Source: Candidatus Rariloculaceae bacterium (lineage in GTDB: Bacteria > Pseudomonadota > Gammaproteobacteria > Steroidobacterales > Rariloculaceae). From it: a stretch of DNA of 64,000 bases. A program made the translations under genes and the position numbers. The notes under the pieces are model-generated. The model was not told where the DNA came from. It saw only the letters and a list, made by a program, of their open reading frames with translations, and did no database searches. Shown here one piece after another: positions 54,563 through 64,000 of this stretch. The stretch covers positions 3,312,641-3,376,640 of the forward strand of contig OZ244860.1 of assembly GCA_965221035.1 (NCBI GenBank), read 5' to 3'. How positions within the stretch are numbered: the first letter of the stretch is position 1; every line of letters begins with the position of its first letter.

Positions 54563-56461
54563 TCAATAATCCAGGGTCATACCCGAGTACGGATCGATGC
54601 GGCCATGAAAGCCGCCCTGGTCGCGGACCACACGCCCGTTGCCGTCGTCGTCGTAGTGGACCCATACCAACCCGTGCGGGTTGCCGTAGCCGGGCATCTC
54701 GATGATGTCCAGCTTCTCCCTGGTGGCCACGTCGAAGACGTGAATGGTGCCCTCGCCGTTGCTGGTGGCCCACATTTCCCGGCCGTTGGGCGACAATAGC
54801 AGATGGTCGACGGTGTATGCCCCGAACAGCGTTTCCTTGACCTGTGGGTTTCCGGTGTCGATGACGGTGACCGTGCGACCGCGGAACCCGGTCACCTCGC
54901 CCTTGTCGGCCACCCAGATTTCCGTCTCGTCCGCGTTCAGGCTGGCGCCGTAGGGGCCGGTGCCCGTACCCGAGACCCACGCGATTTCGCCGGTCGCGAG
55001 GTTGATCTTGCTGAGATTGGAGGTTCCGCCGGAGGGTATGTACATGTACTCGCCGGCCGAGTCGATGACGACCCAGTTGGCCCGGTAGCCCGGATGGGGG
55101 TACTCGCGAACGACCTCCCAGTTGTCGGGATCGATCCTGGCGACCCAGTAGGGGCGCAGGACGGTGACGTTGCCCTGCACGAACCGCTCTCCGCCGATGA
55201 TGCCGGAAAACGCGGGCGGACCGTAGCCGGCCGGGCTCATCAGCAGGTAGATGTACTCGTCGTCCGTGAACGCCGTATAGCAGGCGCCGCCCAGGTCCTC
55301 GCACTGGATGCCGCCGAGAATTTCGTCGGTTTCCGGATCAAGCAGAAAGACATCCAGGCCATCCGGGTCCCGCGCGAAGGTATCCATCAGAAGGTATCGG
55401 TCCCGGAAGACCTGCCCGTGGTGGAGCCGGCCACCGACGATCAGCTGCCTGACCGGTTCGAGCGTCAGGGCGTCCACCTTGAGCAGGGACGCTGGGCTGA
55501 CGATTTCCATGTTGCCCTGTGGCGCGCCGGCCGCCGCGGGGCCGGTGATGTAGACGTAGCGTGCGTCCGGTGACAGCACCGTGGTGTGAACCTGGCCGCT
55601 CAACGCCTCGGGCATCTCGTTGGCAACGATGATCTCGCGTGTGGCGGCGTCGCCGATGACCACCTGGCTGGCGCGGGCAAGTTCGGCGGACCCGGGGTCC
55701 AGGCCTTGATAGTAGAAGAAGTTCGGTCGGTCCAGATTTTCATAGAAGTAAGTGTGTCCCGGTTCGGGCGTGAATTTCGGTTCGCCAGCGTCGTATTCTT
55801 CCACGACGGTGACGTCGTATTCCTTCTCCAGCGAGCCTTCACCGGCCTTGCGCGTCCAGTCGGCGATCACGGTCTCGAATGGTGCGATCTGTTCAACGAG
55901 CCGGTCGCGGCGTGAGAACGCCACCTCGCCCTGTCCGACCACGCGCAGGCTGGCCAGTTCGTCGAGCAGCACGCCCCGGTCGATGGCTTGCGGATCGTGC
56001 CCCCGAAGCTGAGTGATGTAGTAGGTCAGGGCGAACGCGTCGATGACGGTCGGGTCGAGAAGGTCCACCACCACGGCCATCTGCGGGTTGCTCTGCATCT
56101 GGTATGCGATGAGGAACGGGCTTGGAGGATTTTCGAAGGCCGGCCCGATGAGGCCGTCGCCGCCAGCTCCATGGCAGGTCGTGCAGAGCGCGGGCGTGTT
56201 GTAGATTTCACCGCCCAGCGCAATGAGTTCTTCATCGCTGTAAGCGTCCAGTGCGCGTTGACTTTTCTCCTCGGGTGGCGCCAGGCCACCCAGGCCGGCT
56301 CCCGGACCCCCGGGCGGTCCGAACACAGCCTCGATGCCGGGTGGCTCCTCCTGTGCCGCTGCGATGTTCGAGAGCCCGATGCCGCCGCCGGGCAGCCGGT
56401 GAACCGACACCCACGCCAGCAGTGCCAGCACGACGGCGAAAACTGGAACGGGCTTCTTCAT
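54563..56461 (-). CDS. Secreted cytochrome c - beta-propeller fusion protein, paralog 3 of 3
   Basis: ATG 56461 is preceded by GGAGGGA and gives MKKPVPVFAVVLALLAWVSV. Haem motif CTTCHG. The propeller and C-terminus (VVRDQGGFHGRIDPYSGMTLDY) align with paralogs 1 and 2. Confidence 0.7.
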   Translation of the reverse strand: MKKPVPVFAVVLALLAWVSVHRLPGGGIGLSNIAAAQEEPPGIEAVFGPPGGPGAGLGGLAPPEEKSQRALDAYSDEELIALGGEIYNTPALCTTCHGAGGDGLIGPAFENPPSPFLIAYQMQSNPQMAVVVDLLDPTVIDAFALTYYITQLRGHDPQAIDRGVLLDELASLRVVGQGEVAFSRRDRLVEQIAPFETVIADWTRKAGEGSLEKEYDVTVVEEYDAGEPKFTPEPGHTYFYENLDRPNFFYYQGLDPGSAELARASQVVIGDAATREIIVANEMPEALSGQVHTTVLSPDARYVYITGPAAAGAPQGNMEIVSPASLLKVDALTLEPVRQLIVGGRLHHGQVFRDRYLLMDTFARDPDGLDVFLLDPETDEILGGIQCEDLGGACYTAFTDDEYIYLLMSPAGYGPPAFSGIIGGERFVQGNVTVLRPYWVARIDPDNWEVVREYPHPGYRANWVVIDSAGEYMYIPSGGTSNLSKINLATGEIAWVSGTGTGPYGASLNADETEIWVADKGEVTGFRGRTVTVIDTGNPQVKETLFGAYTVDHLLLSPNGREMWATSNGEGTIHVFDVATREKLDIIEMPGYGNPHGLVWVHYDDDGNGRVVRDQGGFHGRIDPYSGMTLDY

Positions 56462-56680
56462 CTTTCGGGCTCCCTCCAATGAATTCGGCAAGGCATGTTA
56501 CCCCTGTTCGCAGGCTTGGCGTTCAGAAGTCCCGGCCCTGACGTCGGGATCGTCTGCTTGCGGGGCAAGGAGTGCGTCCATGAAGGTTCAGGGCCATGTA
56601 TCCATGCTACTTGGCCGTCGTGCAGTAACTGAAATGAATATCTGATATAAATTGCCATTCATTTTGAGAATAGCGTATCC

Positions 56681-57610
56681 ATGTCAAACCTTCGACGCAT
56701 CGACCTGAACCTCTTCACTGTCTTCGAGGCGATCTACCAGGAGCGCAACCTGACCTATGCCGCCAACAGGATCGGGATGAGCCAACCCGCAGCGAGCAAC
56801 GCGCTGAAACGGCTTCGGGCCCTGTTCGACGACGAGTTGTTCGTGCGCCAGGGTAACACCATGCAGCCGACGCCTCGGGCACGCGAGCTGGCGTCATCGT
56901 TCAACCCGGCGCTGGAACTGATTCGGGACGGACTGGCCGCCAGGACTGTCTTTGACCCGACACAGCCGCGAGCATTCAACATCGCGGGAATCGAACACCT
57001 GGAGCACTTTGTCCTGGCGTCGCTGCTGAGCGCGATCGGTCCGAATCCGGGCCGGATCCGCCTGAACGCGGTGGGTGGGTTCGCGGACCAGTTCAAGGGC
57101 GAGTTGAAATCCGGGGAAATCGACCTGGCCATCGATCATGTTTCCTTGGCCGATGAGGAGTTCGAGGTCAGGCAGCTGGGCCAGGATACGCTGATTTCCC
57201 TGGTTCGGCGGGACCACCCCTGCGCGGGCAAGACGTTGAATCTGTACGAAACCCTGGCGCTGGACCATGTCTGTCTCAAGGCCCGGGATCACCGCGGCTT
57301 CGTCGCTGAGCGGTTCCTTCGCGCCAACGGGCGCGCGGATGCGATCATGGTTCGCGTCACGCATTTCTATGCGATGCTGAGCGTAATCGAGAACTCCAAC
57401 CTGGTGGGGACGATGCCGCGGCTCATCGGCGAGCGGTTTCTCGCACACTATCCGGTCGCTCAAGTGAGGACGGTCATTCCCGAAGGGGCGTTCCGGGTCT
57501 TGCTGATCTGGCACCGCAGCCAGAGCCGTGACCCGGGAAACGTCTGGTTGCGGGAGCATCTTGTCCGGGCCTACGCGTCGGCGACGCGACACCAATCATT
57601 CACGTCATGA
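56681..57610 (+). CDS. LysR-family transcriptional regulator
   Basis: N-terminal wHTH IDLNLFTVFEAIYQERNLTYAANRIGMSQPAASNALKRLRALFDDELFVR plus a LysR substrate-binding domain. Divergent from paralog 3. Confidence 0.9.
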   Translation: MSNLRRIDLNLFTVFEAIYQERNLTYAANRIGMSQPAASNALKRLRALFDDELFVRQGNTMQPTPRARELASSFNPALELIRDGLAARTVFDPTQPRAFNIAGIEHLEHFVLASLLSAIGPNPGRIRLNAVGGFADQFKGELKSGEIDLAIDHVSLADEEFEVRQLGQDTLISLVRRDHPCAGKTLNLYETLALDHVCLKARDHRGFVAERFLRANGRADAIMVRVTHFYAMLSVIENSNLVGTMPRLIGERFLAHYPVAQVRTVIPEGAFRVLLIWHRSQSRDPGNVWLREHLVRAYASATRHQSFTS

Positions 57611-57758
57611 ATGGCGTCCATCACAAGAATTTTGTGGCCCTTATGTAGTGGTTGCCTATACTTGAGAAGTCCGCATCGGAGACGTGCAGGTTGTTTCCGA
57701 AGGTCTTGTTGCAGCCATGCGACAGATTGTGCGGGGACACACTCAAGGGAGAGGCTCG

Positions 57759-60248
57759 ATGGACTTGAAAATTCGATTGGTCGGCAATGTGGCGCGGTTG
57801 ACGGCTGTTCTGGCGGCGATGACGTTGCCGTTCGGCGCGTTTTCCCAAGCCCCGCTCGAAGAGATCGTCGTCACCGCCACGAAACGCGAGGAGACCCTGC
57901 GCGAAATTCCGATTTCCATTGTGGCCCAGACCGGTGTGCAGCTCAACGAGCTCAACCTGGTCAATCCCGTGGACATGTCCACGTTCGTTCCCAACCTGTC
58001 CATGTACGACGGTGTGACCGGCATCGCGACCGTGATGCGCGGTGTCGGGACCACCGGCGGCAATCCCGCGTTCGAGCCGTCTGTGGCGTCGTTCATCGAC
58101 GGCGCCTACCTCGGGCGCGACCGGACCACCACCACGGCGTTCCTGGATCTCGACCGAATCGAGATCGTACGGGGGCCGCAGCCGCTCTTCGCCGGCCAGA
58201 ACGCGGTGGCCGGCGCCCTGAACCTCGTCAGCCGGCGACCCGGCGACACCTTGAACGGATATGTGCGTACCGGCCTGGGTTCGGACGACGAATATCAGTT
58301 CGAATTCGCCGTGGGCGGGCCGGTGACCGATACCTTGGGCGTCCGCATCGCCGCCATCTCGGACGAGCGCGGTGGGTGGATGCGCAATGGGGACATCATG
58401 GCCCGGTCTTCCGAGGACACTTCCGTGCGCGGTACGCTGGAGTTCAGCCCGACGGACGCCTTCACCGCGACCCTGATCACCACCTGGTACGAGTCCATGG
58501 GCAACGGCGGGACGGCCGAATACGCCTACTGTGCCCCGACCGATCCGCCCGGGCCGGGTTGGCGCGGCTACAACCTGTGCAACGCGAACCCCTCCAATGG
58601 TATCGACGATGTGTCCTGGGATGGCGTCGACGGTCCGTCGCCGATCGAAGTGGTGCAGGCGTCTGGAGGGCCGCCACTGGTCAGCTTTGCCGGCATGGGC
58701 TTCCCCGCCGGCGCCGTTGACCGCTCTGCGGAACCGCTGGCCGATTCTACCGAGCGCCGCGTGCAGGACGGCACGCGTACCAATCTCCTGCTCCAGTACG
58801 ACGCGGAGAACTTTTCGTTTACTTCCCAGACCAACGCCATCCAATTCGACTTCTACCAGTTGACTGATCCGGACGAGACCCACGTCAATTTCTTCCCAGT
58901 GCCGATATTCAACAACTACGAGGCCACCCAGCAGGAATTCCGCGTCCAGAGCGTTGCCGGCAGCGCCTTCGAGTGGATGGGCGGTGTGTATTGGCAGGAA
59001 AGCGCCTACAACAATGGCAACTACGGTTCGATTATTGGTGTCGGTTTGCCGCTGATCGGTCTGGCGCCGGTACTTGATTACCGCCGCGCGCCGCCGTTTC
59101 CCAACGATTCGTATTTCAGCGAAGAGGCCGAGTGGCTCAGCGGATTCGTCAATTTAGGATTCAGTCTCGGCGAAAACGTTACATTGGACGTCGGCGCGCG
59201 TGTCACGCAGGTGGACAAGACGGCCCTGTTCCAGAACGGAACGGGCTATTACGAACGCAACGCCGCCGGCGAAATCGTCAACCTGGTGCACAGCAACAAT
59301 GGTCCGGGTTGCGAGATCGGCACCGAGACGACCGTTCCGAACAACCCCAATGTGGAGGTTTGCGTTGCCGGTCGAGTGGACAATACCTCCACCGATCCGC
59401 AGATCCAGTTGAGTTGGGACGTGAGCGATCAGACCATGCTGTTCCTGCGCTATGCCGAGGGATTCAAGTCGGGCGGCTTCAGTGTCGGCATGTCCGTGCC
59501 GGACGTGGAACAGTTTGTCTATGATCCGGAGGAGGCGGAAACCATCGAGGCGGGCTTCAAGACGTTGACGGCCGACGGGCGGCTGGAACTCAATGTGGTC
59601 GCCTTCAACACCGAGTTCACCAACCGGCAGGTGTCGTCGCTGGCACCGGTCTTCCAGGGCGCGCCGGAGTTCATCATCCAGAATGCCGCGGCCTCCACCA
59701 GCACGGGCGTTGAGTTCGATGGCCGTTGGGCTGCGTCGGAATCCCTGGCGATCACGTTCTCCGGCGCCGTGCTCGATTCGGTCTACGACAGTTTCCCCGG
59801 CGCGGCGTGCAATGGCTGGAAACGGGCGCGGCGGCAGGATGGCTGCGGGGTGAACGGTCAGGCGTTCTTTGAAGCTGCGGGCCTCGATACCGAACTGGCG
59901 CATCCCTGGCAGCTCACGCTGGGGGCGCGCCACCAGCAGTTGCTGGACAACGGATACCGGATCGTGATCAGCGGCAATCTGGCGATGATCAACTACAGCA
60001 ACAACGGTTTCAGTCAGATCACCGAGCCCGAGTATCAGAACGGCACGGAGGAGCACCTGAATCTTCGCGTTGCCCTCCAGCCTGCGGACGTGAGATGGGA
60101 TATCGCCCTGTACGCGGACAACGCGACCGACAACCGGCGGTTCCAGTCAGTGGTAAGCGACCCCTTGGGCTACGACGAGAACATTCTCGTCACGCGCGTG
60201 CAGGGCGCCACCTACGGTGTCCAGGCGCGATGGAATTTCGGCGATTGA
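57759..60248 (+). CDS. TonB-dependent receptor
   Basis: ATG 57759 follows AGGGAGAGG. Signal peptide ends FGAFSQA. Plug-domain start LEEIVVTATKREETLREIPISI, then IEIVRGPQ, a long beta-barrel, and an aromatic-rich C-terminus ARWNFGD. Confidence 0.85.
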   Translation: MDLKIRLVGNVARLTAVLAAMTLPFGAFSQAPLEEIVVTATKREETLREIPISIVAQTGVQLNELNLVNPVDMSTFVPNLSMYDGVTGIATVMRGVGTTGGNPAFEPSVASFIDGAYLGRDRTTTTAFLDLDRIEIVRGPQPLFAGQNAVAGALNLVSRRPGDTLNGYVRTGLGSDDEYQFEFAVGGPVTDTLGVRIAAISDERGGWMRNGDIMARSSEDTSVRGTLEFSPTDAFTATLITTWYESMGNGGTAEYAYCAPTDPPGPGWRGYNLCNANPSNGIDDVSWDGVDGPSPIEVVQASGGPPLVSFAGMGFPAGAVDRSAEPLADSTERRVQDGTRTNLLLQYDAENFSFTSQTNAIQFDFYQLTDPDETHVNFFPVPIFNNYEATQQEFRVQSVAGSAFEWMGGVYWQESAYNNGNYGSIIGVGLPLIGLAPVLDYRRAPPFPNDSYFSEEAEWLSGFVNLGFSLGENVTLDVGARVTQVDKTALFQNGTGYYERNAAGEIVNLVHSNNGPGCEIGTETTVPNNPNVEVCVAGRVDNTSTDPQIQLSWDVSDQTMLFLRYAEGFKSGGFSVGMSVPDVEQFVYDPEEAETIEAGFKTLTADGRLELNVVAFNTEFTNRQVSSLAPVFQGAPEFIIQNAAASTSTGVEFDGRWAASESLAITFSGAVLDSVYDSFPGAACNGWKRARRQDGCGVNGQAFFEAAGLDTELAHPWQLTLGARHQQLLDNGYRIVISGNLAMINYSNNGFSQITEPEYQNGTEEHLNLRVALQPADVRWDIALYADNATDNRRFQSVVSDPLGYDENILVTRVQGATYGVQARWNFGD

Positions 60249-60284
60249 TCGCGGCGGTTCCCGCGTGGCGGATCCCGCCGGACG

Positions 60285-61721
60285 TTACCGGTCCGCCGGT
60301 CGCTCGGTGACCGACTCGGCCACCGGCGGGTAGATCGGAGGGCGATTGTCCGGTTCGACCTCGGGGCCGGTGCCGCCGTCGTAGTTTTCCGGCGGCGGCG
60401 TGCCGCCCAGCACGCGGCCCACCGGTATCGTGTTGCTGAAGGCCAGCATGCGCGCCGCGCGCGCGGGTTCGCTGTCCGCAAGATCGGTGGTCTCCGCCGG
60501 GTCGTCGACGGTGTTGTAGAGCTGCACCGGGAATGTTCCGGCGGTGCCGGGTGGCGGCCGTAGCGGACGGATCAGCTTCCAGCCGTCTTCAAGCACCGCC
60601 ATTCTGGGGCCGGCCGGCGTGGCGGAGGTGATGACGATGGGTTCGCCACGTTCGGATGTTGCTGAATGTTCGATGACCGGCCAAAGGTCCACCCCGGGCA
60701 TGTCGGCATCGTTGAAGCCCGGGTGCCCCGCGAGCGACACCAGTGTCGGGAACCAGTCGTAGACGGTGGCCACCTGTTCCACCGTCCGACCGCCCGCCAG
60801 GCGCGACGGCCAGTGGAGCAGCGCCGGCACGCGGATGCCGCCCTCGTACAGCGACATCTTGTTCCCCCTCAAGGGTTCGTTGACCGATCCCGCATTGAGT
60901 TCACCACCGTTGTCGCTGACGAAAATGATCAACGTGTTGTCGCCGTCCGGCCTGTCCACAACGGCGGCGAGGACGTCGCCGATCGCTGCGTCCATTTCCG
61001 TGATCATTGCGGCGAGACGTCGGCGGTTGATATCGGCGATGTCCGCATAGGCCTGCACCGCCTCCTGCGGCGCCTGCAGCGGCGTATGCGGGGCGGTGAA
61101 TGACAGGTGCATGAAATACGGCGCCTCGCCCGTGTGTCCCCGGATCAGGCTGATGGCCTCGTCCCTCAGCAAGTGGGTGACGTAACCTTCCTCGTCCAAC
61201 GCCTCGCCATTGCGTTCCCAGTCCGGAACGCGGTTGAGTGCGTGAGTGTAGTAATTGATTTCGCCGCTATTGGTGCCGTAGAAGTGGTCGTAGCCGCGGT
61301 TCAGGGGATGCTGGTCATGATAGTTGTGGCCCAGATGCCATTTGCCTACCAGCCAAGTGTCATATCCCGCTTCTTTCAGGTACTGGGGCAGGATCCGTTC
61401 TCCGGGCGGCAGCCCGAAATCCTCCCAGGGCGCGATCGGCGCGATCGTCCCCAGGCTCACCGCGCGCTTGCCGCTATAGAACGCTGTGCGCGTCGGCGTG
61501 CAGGACGGGTGTGTGTAGTAGCGGTCAAGGCGTATGCCCTCGGCCGCGAGCCGGTCGAGCGTGGGCGTCCTGATTTCGGCCCCGTGGTAGCCGACATCGC
61601 CCCAGCCCAGGTCGTCGGCCATGATGAGCAGGATATTGGGCTGCTCCTGGGCCACGGCCGCGCACGCGGCTATGCCCAGCACTGCGACGGAAGCGACGCG
61701 CGCAAGGCGAGTGGTGTTCAT
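60285..61721 (-). CDS. Arylsulfatase (Cys-type, formylglycine-dependent sulfatase family)
   Basis: Signal peptide, then LLIMADDLGWGDVGYHG and the sulfatase signature SCTPTRTAFYSGK (C-x-P-x-R), followed by GKWHLG. Confidence 0.9.
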   Translation of the reverse strand: MNTTRLARVASVAVLGIAACAAVAQEQPNILLIMADDLGWGDVGYHGAEIRTPTLDRLAAEGIRLDRYYTHPSCTPTRTAFYSGKRAVSLGTIAPIAPWEDFGLPPGERILPQYLKEAGYDTWLVGKWHLGHNYHDQHPLNRGYDHFYGTNSGEINYYTHALNRVPDWERNGEALDEEGYVTHLLRDEAISLIRGHTGEAPYFMHLSFTAPHTPLQAPQEAVQAYADIADINRRRLAAMITEMDAAIGDVLAAVVDRPDGDNTLIIFVSDNGGELNAGSVNEPLRGNKMSLYEGGIRVPALLHWPSRLAGGRTVEQVATVYDWFPTLVSLAGHPGFNDADMPGVDLWPVIEHSATSERGEPIVITSATPAGPRMAVLEDGWKLIRPLRPPPGTAGTFPVQLYNTVDDPAETTDLADSEPARAARMLAFSNTIPVGRVLGGTPPPENYDGGTGPEVEPDNRPPIYPPVAESVTERPADR

Positions 61722-61933
61722 TTGCCCGCCCTGGAAGTCTCGCCGCGGCGCATATGGCTTCCAGCCACCAAGTCCCGCGCAGTCGCCATTGGATGTTCCC
61801 CGCCGATTAGCTACTCTCGATGTTCAGATACGGGCGCCGAGCGGATAGCCGCCGGGCCGGTTCGGCACATCAATTGGAAGTCTACGGACTACCGGGGGTT
61901 CGGGCAAATTGTCCCGCCAAGGGAGGATGGAAC

Positions 61934-62362
61934 GTGAAGTGGTTTATTGGAGCCTTGACGTTGTGGCTGGTACTGGCGCTCGCCCATGCCCAGATTACCC
62001 AGCCGGAAATGACCGTTCGGAACTACGAAGACCTGCCGGTCAACGATATCGCCTCCGGCGTGCATACGCGCTTCGTTGTGGGAGATACTGTCATGTTGAA
62101 CCGCGTGCTGTTCGACGAGGGTGCGATGTCGCCGTTGCACAACCATTCGGAGGAACAGATCGTGACTCTGGTCCGGGGCCGCATGCGGGTTGCGTCCAGG
62201 GATCGGGAATTCATTCTCGAACCAGGTGACGTGGTGATCTTCCCTGCCTATGTGCCGCATCGGTTGGAAGCGCTGGAGGAAAGCGTCACTATCGAAACGT
62301 TGGGCGTCGGCGGGCATATCTGGCGCGGTGAGCGGATTCGGTCAATTAGGGCCGGGGAGTGA
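61934..62362 (+). CDS. Secreted cupin-domain protein
   Basis: GTG 61934 lies 6 nt after GGGAGGA and gives VKWFIGALTLWLVLALAHAQ. Cupin motifs HNHSEEQIVTLVRG and GDVVIFPAYVPHRLEA. Confidence 0.7.
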   Translation: MKWFIGALTLWLVLALAHAQITQPEMTVRNYEDLPVNDIASGVHTRFVVGDTVMLNRVLFDEGAMSPLHNHSEEQIVTLVRGRMRVASRDREFILEPGDVVIFPAYVPHRLEALEESVTIETLGVGGHIWRGERIRSIRAGE

Positions 62363-62639
62363 GCGCAGCGTCAGGATTTCGATACCGAGTTCGTGCGGAC
62401 AGGCCCGAGAGCCACAGTAGCGTTGGGAGGGCGCCATCTGCCTGCCGCAGTCACCCGGCCATTCATCTGGTAAATGATCTGCAATTGCAAAAATAAATAG
62501 TTAAATCATTAATTTGTGTAAAGCTGGCGTGCCGGGAATAACAGACTCGCGCGGCCCGGGAGGTTGCTTTTCCACAACATGTGATCGGCAAGCGAGCAGT
62601 TGCTAAACCAGCATTGTTAATCGGAGGCAGGGTTAAACA

Positions 62640-64000
62640 ATGAAAAACTTGGACAAGGTTGCCATTTTGGGTGCAGTGGTTGCTTTCGCGTCTGTACCCG
62701 AACAGCCCGTCATGGCTCAGATGGCCCTTGAGGAAGTGATCGTCACGGCCCGACGCCGAGAGGAGAGCCTGCAGCAGGTGCCGGTCGCGATTACCGCGCT
62801 GAATACCGAAGATATTCAGAACCGCAACATCGACAACGTGGAGCAGATGAATGTCCTGCTCCCGAACGTCGATATTCGCGGTGCGGGCATCACGGTGGGC
62901 TCGGCCAACTTCTCGATTCGTGGCATTCCGGGCGTTGCGCGCTATATCGATGGCGTCGTCATGAACGGTAATGTCGGTGGTCTCGAATCGATTGTCGAGC
63001 TCGAGCGCGTTGAGGTATTGCGCGGTCCGCAAGGCACGTACTTTGGCAAGAATGCCATCGGTGGCGCCATTCAGTATGTGACGCAACGACCGCTCGACGA
63101 GTTCGGTGCCCGCGTGCAGATGCGCATTGGTGAATTCAATCGTCAGGATGTGATCGCCAATGTCGACATTCCTCTGAGCGATACCGTCAAGACGAAGATC
63201 ACCGCGGCACAGCTACAGCGCGACGGCTACGTCGACAGCGTCACGGTTGCCGAGTCATATGGTGAACAGGACGATCAGATCGTCCGGGCGGCGCTGCAGT
63301 GGACACCGACCGACAACTTCGAGGTCGTGTTTACCGCATTGTCGTCGCGCAAGGATACGAACATGGCGGGCAACGTCCTGTTCGATGCGGTGGATGATGC
63401 CGGCTTCGGTCGCAACCTGCCGGGCACCTACCAGCAGATCGGCCTGCCATTTGACGACAGCCTCGCATTCGGACTTCAGGATGAGTGGTTGACGGCGGTC
63501 GATTATCTGGGACCGGGTGAAATAAACCACACGACTCAGTACATAATGGATCTGAACTGGGATATCAATGACAACATCAGGCTGCGTTCGATCACGAATT
63601 CCCGCACGCTCGAACGTCAAAGCAACTTTGACCTTGATGGCACGCAATGGGCGGCGTTTGACTGGTTCCAGGCGACCGATCAGGAAGATCAGTCGCAGGA
63701 ATTTCAGCTGCTCGGCTCCCATGATCGGGTCAACTGGGTCGTGGGACTCTTTTACAATGAACAGGACACACTACAGATCAGTCGCTTCTGGCAGGGTGTT
63801 GAACTGCAGGGCTTCTGTGGCGGAAGGCCGGTCAGGCTGCCGCCAACGATTTGCCCAAACCTGATTTACGACCTCGATCGGGAAATTCGCGAAGATACGG
63901 CTTACTTCGCGGAGGTAACATTCGACCTGACCGATCAGCTGACACTGACACTTGGTGCACGCACGTCAGAAGAGTATTTCCGAACGGTTGTTCTCGTGCC
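62640..64000 (+). CDS. TonB-dependent receptor, 3' end outside window (absent from the ORF track because it has no stop in the window)
   Basis: My own translation from ATG 62640: MKNLDKVAILGAVVAFASVPEQPVMAQMALEEVIVTARRREESLQQVPVAITALNTEDIQNRNIDNVEQMNVLLPNVDIRG...VELERVEVLRGPQGTYFGKNAIGGAIQYVTQRP... The frame is open to base 64000. This is a typical plug domain. Confidence 0.85.
   Translation, partial: MKNLDKVAILGAVVAFASVPEQPVMAQMALEEVIVTARRREESLQQVPVAITALNTEDIQNRNIDNVEQMNVLLPNVDIRGAGITVGSANFSIRGIPGVARYIDGVVMNGNVGGLESIVELERVEVLRGPQGTYFGKNAIGGAIQYVTQRPLDEFGARVQMRIGEFNRQDVIANVDIPLSDTVKTKITAAQLQRDGYVDSVTVAESYGEQDDQIVRAALQWTPTDNFEVVFTALSSRKDTNMAGNVLFDAVDDAGFGRNLPGTYQQIGLPFDDSLAFGLQDEWLTAVDYLGPGEINHTTQYIMDLNWDINDNIRLRSITNSRTLERQSNFDLDGTQWAAFDWFQATDQEDQSQEFQLLGSHDRVNWVVGLFYNEQDTLQISRFWQGVELQGFCGGRPVRLPPTICPNLIYDLDREIREDTAYFAEVTFDLTDQLTLTLGARTSEEYFRTVVLV

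Noticed and set aside
56657-56671. ATTC-N7-GAAT dyad (LysR T-N11-A-like box) 10 nt upstream of the LysR gene ATG
   Set aside because: It is a single short dyad overlapping the expected ribosome-binding region. It could be an autoregulatory site, but this is not supportable from sequence alone.
62463-63086. 207-aa minus-strand ORF and a Fur-box-like AT-rich dyad (AAATGAT...27 nt...ATCATT, about 62470-62515) upstream of the second TonB-dependent receptor
   Set aside because: The ORF is antisense to a well-supported TBDR plug domain. The best alignment of the AT-rich segment to the 19-bp Fur consensus that I could make matched only about 10 of 19 positions, so no Fur-box call is made. The region is probably the TBDR promoter.

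Overview
Gene-dense, high-G+C chromosomal segment. Hand counts of two 100-nt samples gave 66% G+C in the bulk (33001-33100) and 47% inside cas9 (36961-37060). Gene content looks proteobacterial, possibly a marine or soil gammaproteobacterium, but the taxon cannot be determined here. I support about 55 protein genes. Most are periplasmic or catabolic: two TonB-dependent receptors, a Cys-type arylsulfatase, an MBL-type alkylsulfatase, two arylsulfotransferase-like propellers, TAXI-TRAP and MFS transporters, a P450, an IorAB-type molybdoenzyme, two aldehyde dehydrogenases, a GST, a LigB-type dioxygenase, a meta-cleavage-type hydratase and hydrolase, glutaryl-CoA dehydrogenase and a PabB-PabC fusion. 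Accessory content: (1) A complete type II-C CRISPR-Cas9 locus sits on a visibly lower-GC island at about 34.4-40.3 kb. It has cas9-cas1-cas2, 9 repeats and 8 spacers, and a predicted divergent tracrRNA. The array has to be read antisense to the cas operon, and every repeat carries a promoter-like element. (2) There are several toxin-antitoxin modules: two Phd-type antitoxins with missing or eroded toxins, a DUF1902/HicA pair, and a frameshifted HTH-antitoxin remnant next to the array. (3) A 5'-truncated SMC-like ATPase with a membrane hairpin is followed by a class II Fic protein at the left edge. Items not explained by ordinary annotation: three paralogous secreted beta-propeller proteins, two of them fused to a c-type cytochrome, each at the head of a transporter or catabolic operon; a membrane-anchored His-rich protein built from about 14 copies of a 33-bp (11-aa) tandem repeat; and a fused-versus-split pair of uncharacterised secreted domains encoded divergently. 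All calls rest on reading the sequence and the ORF track. No database search was run.
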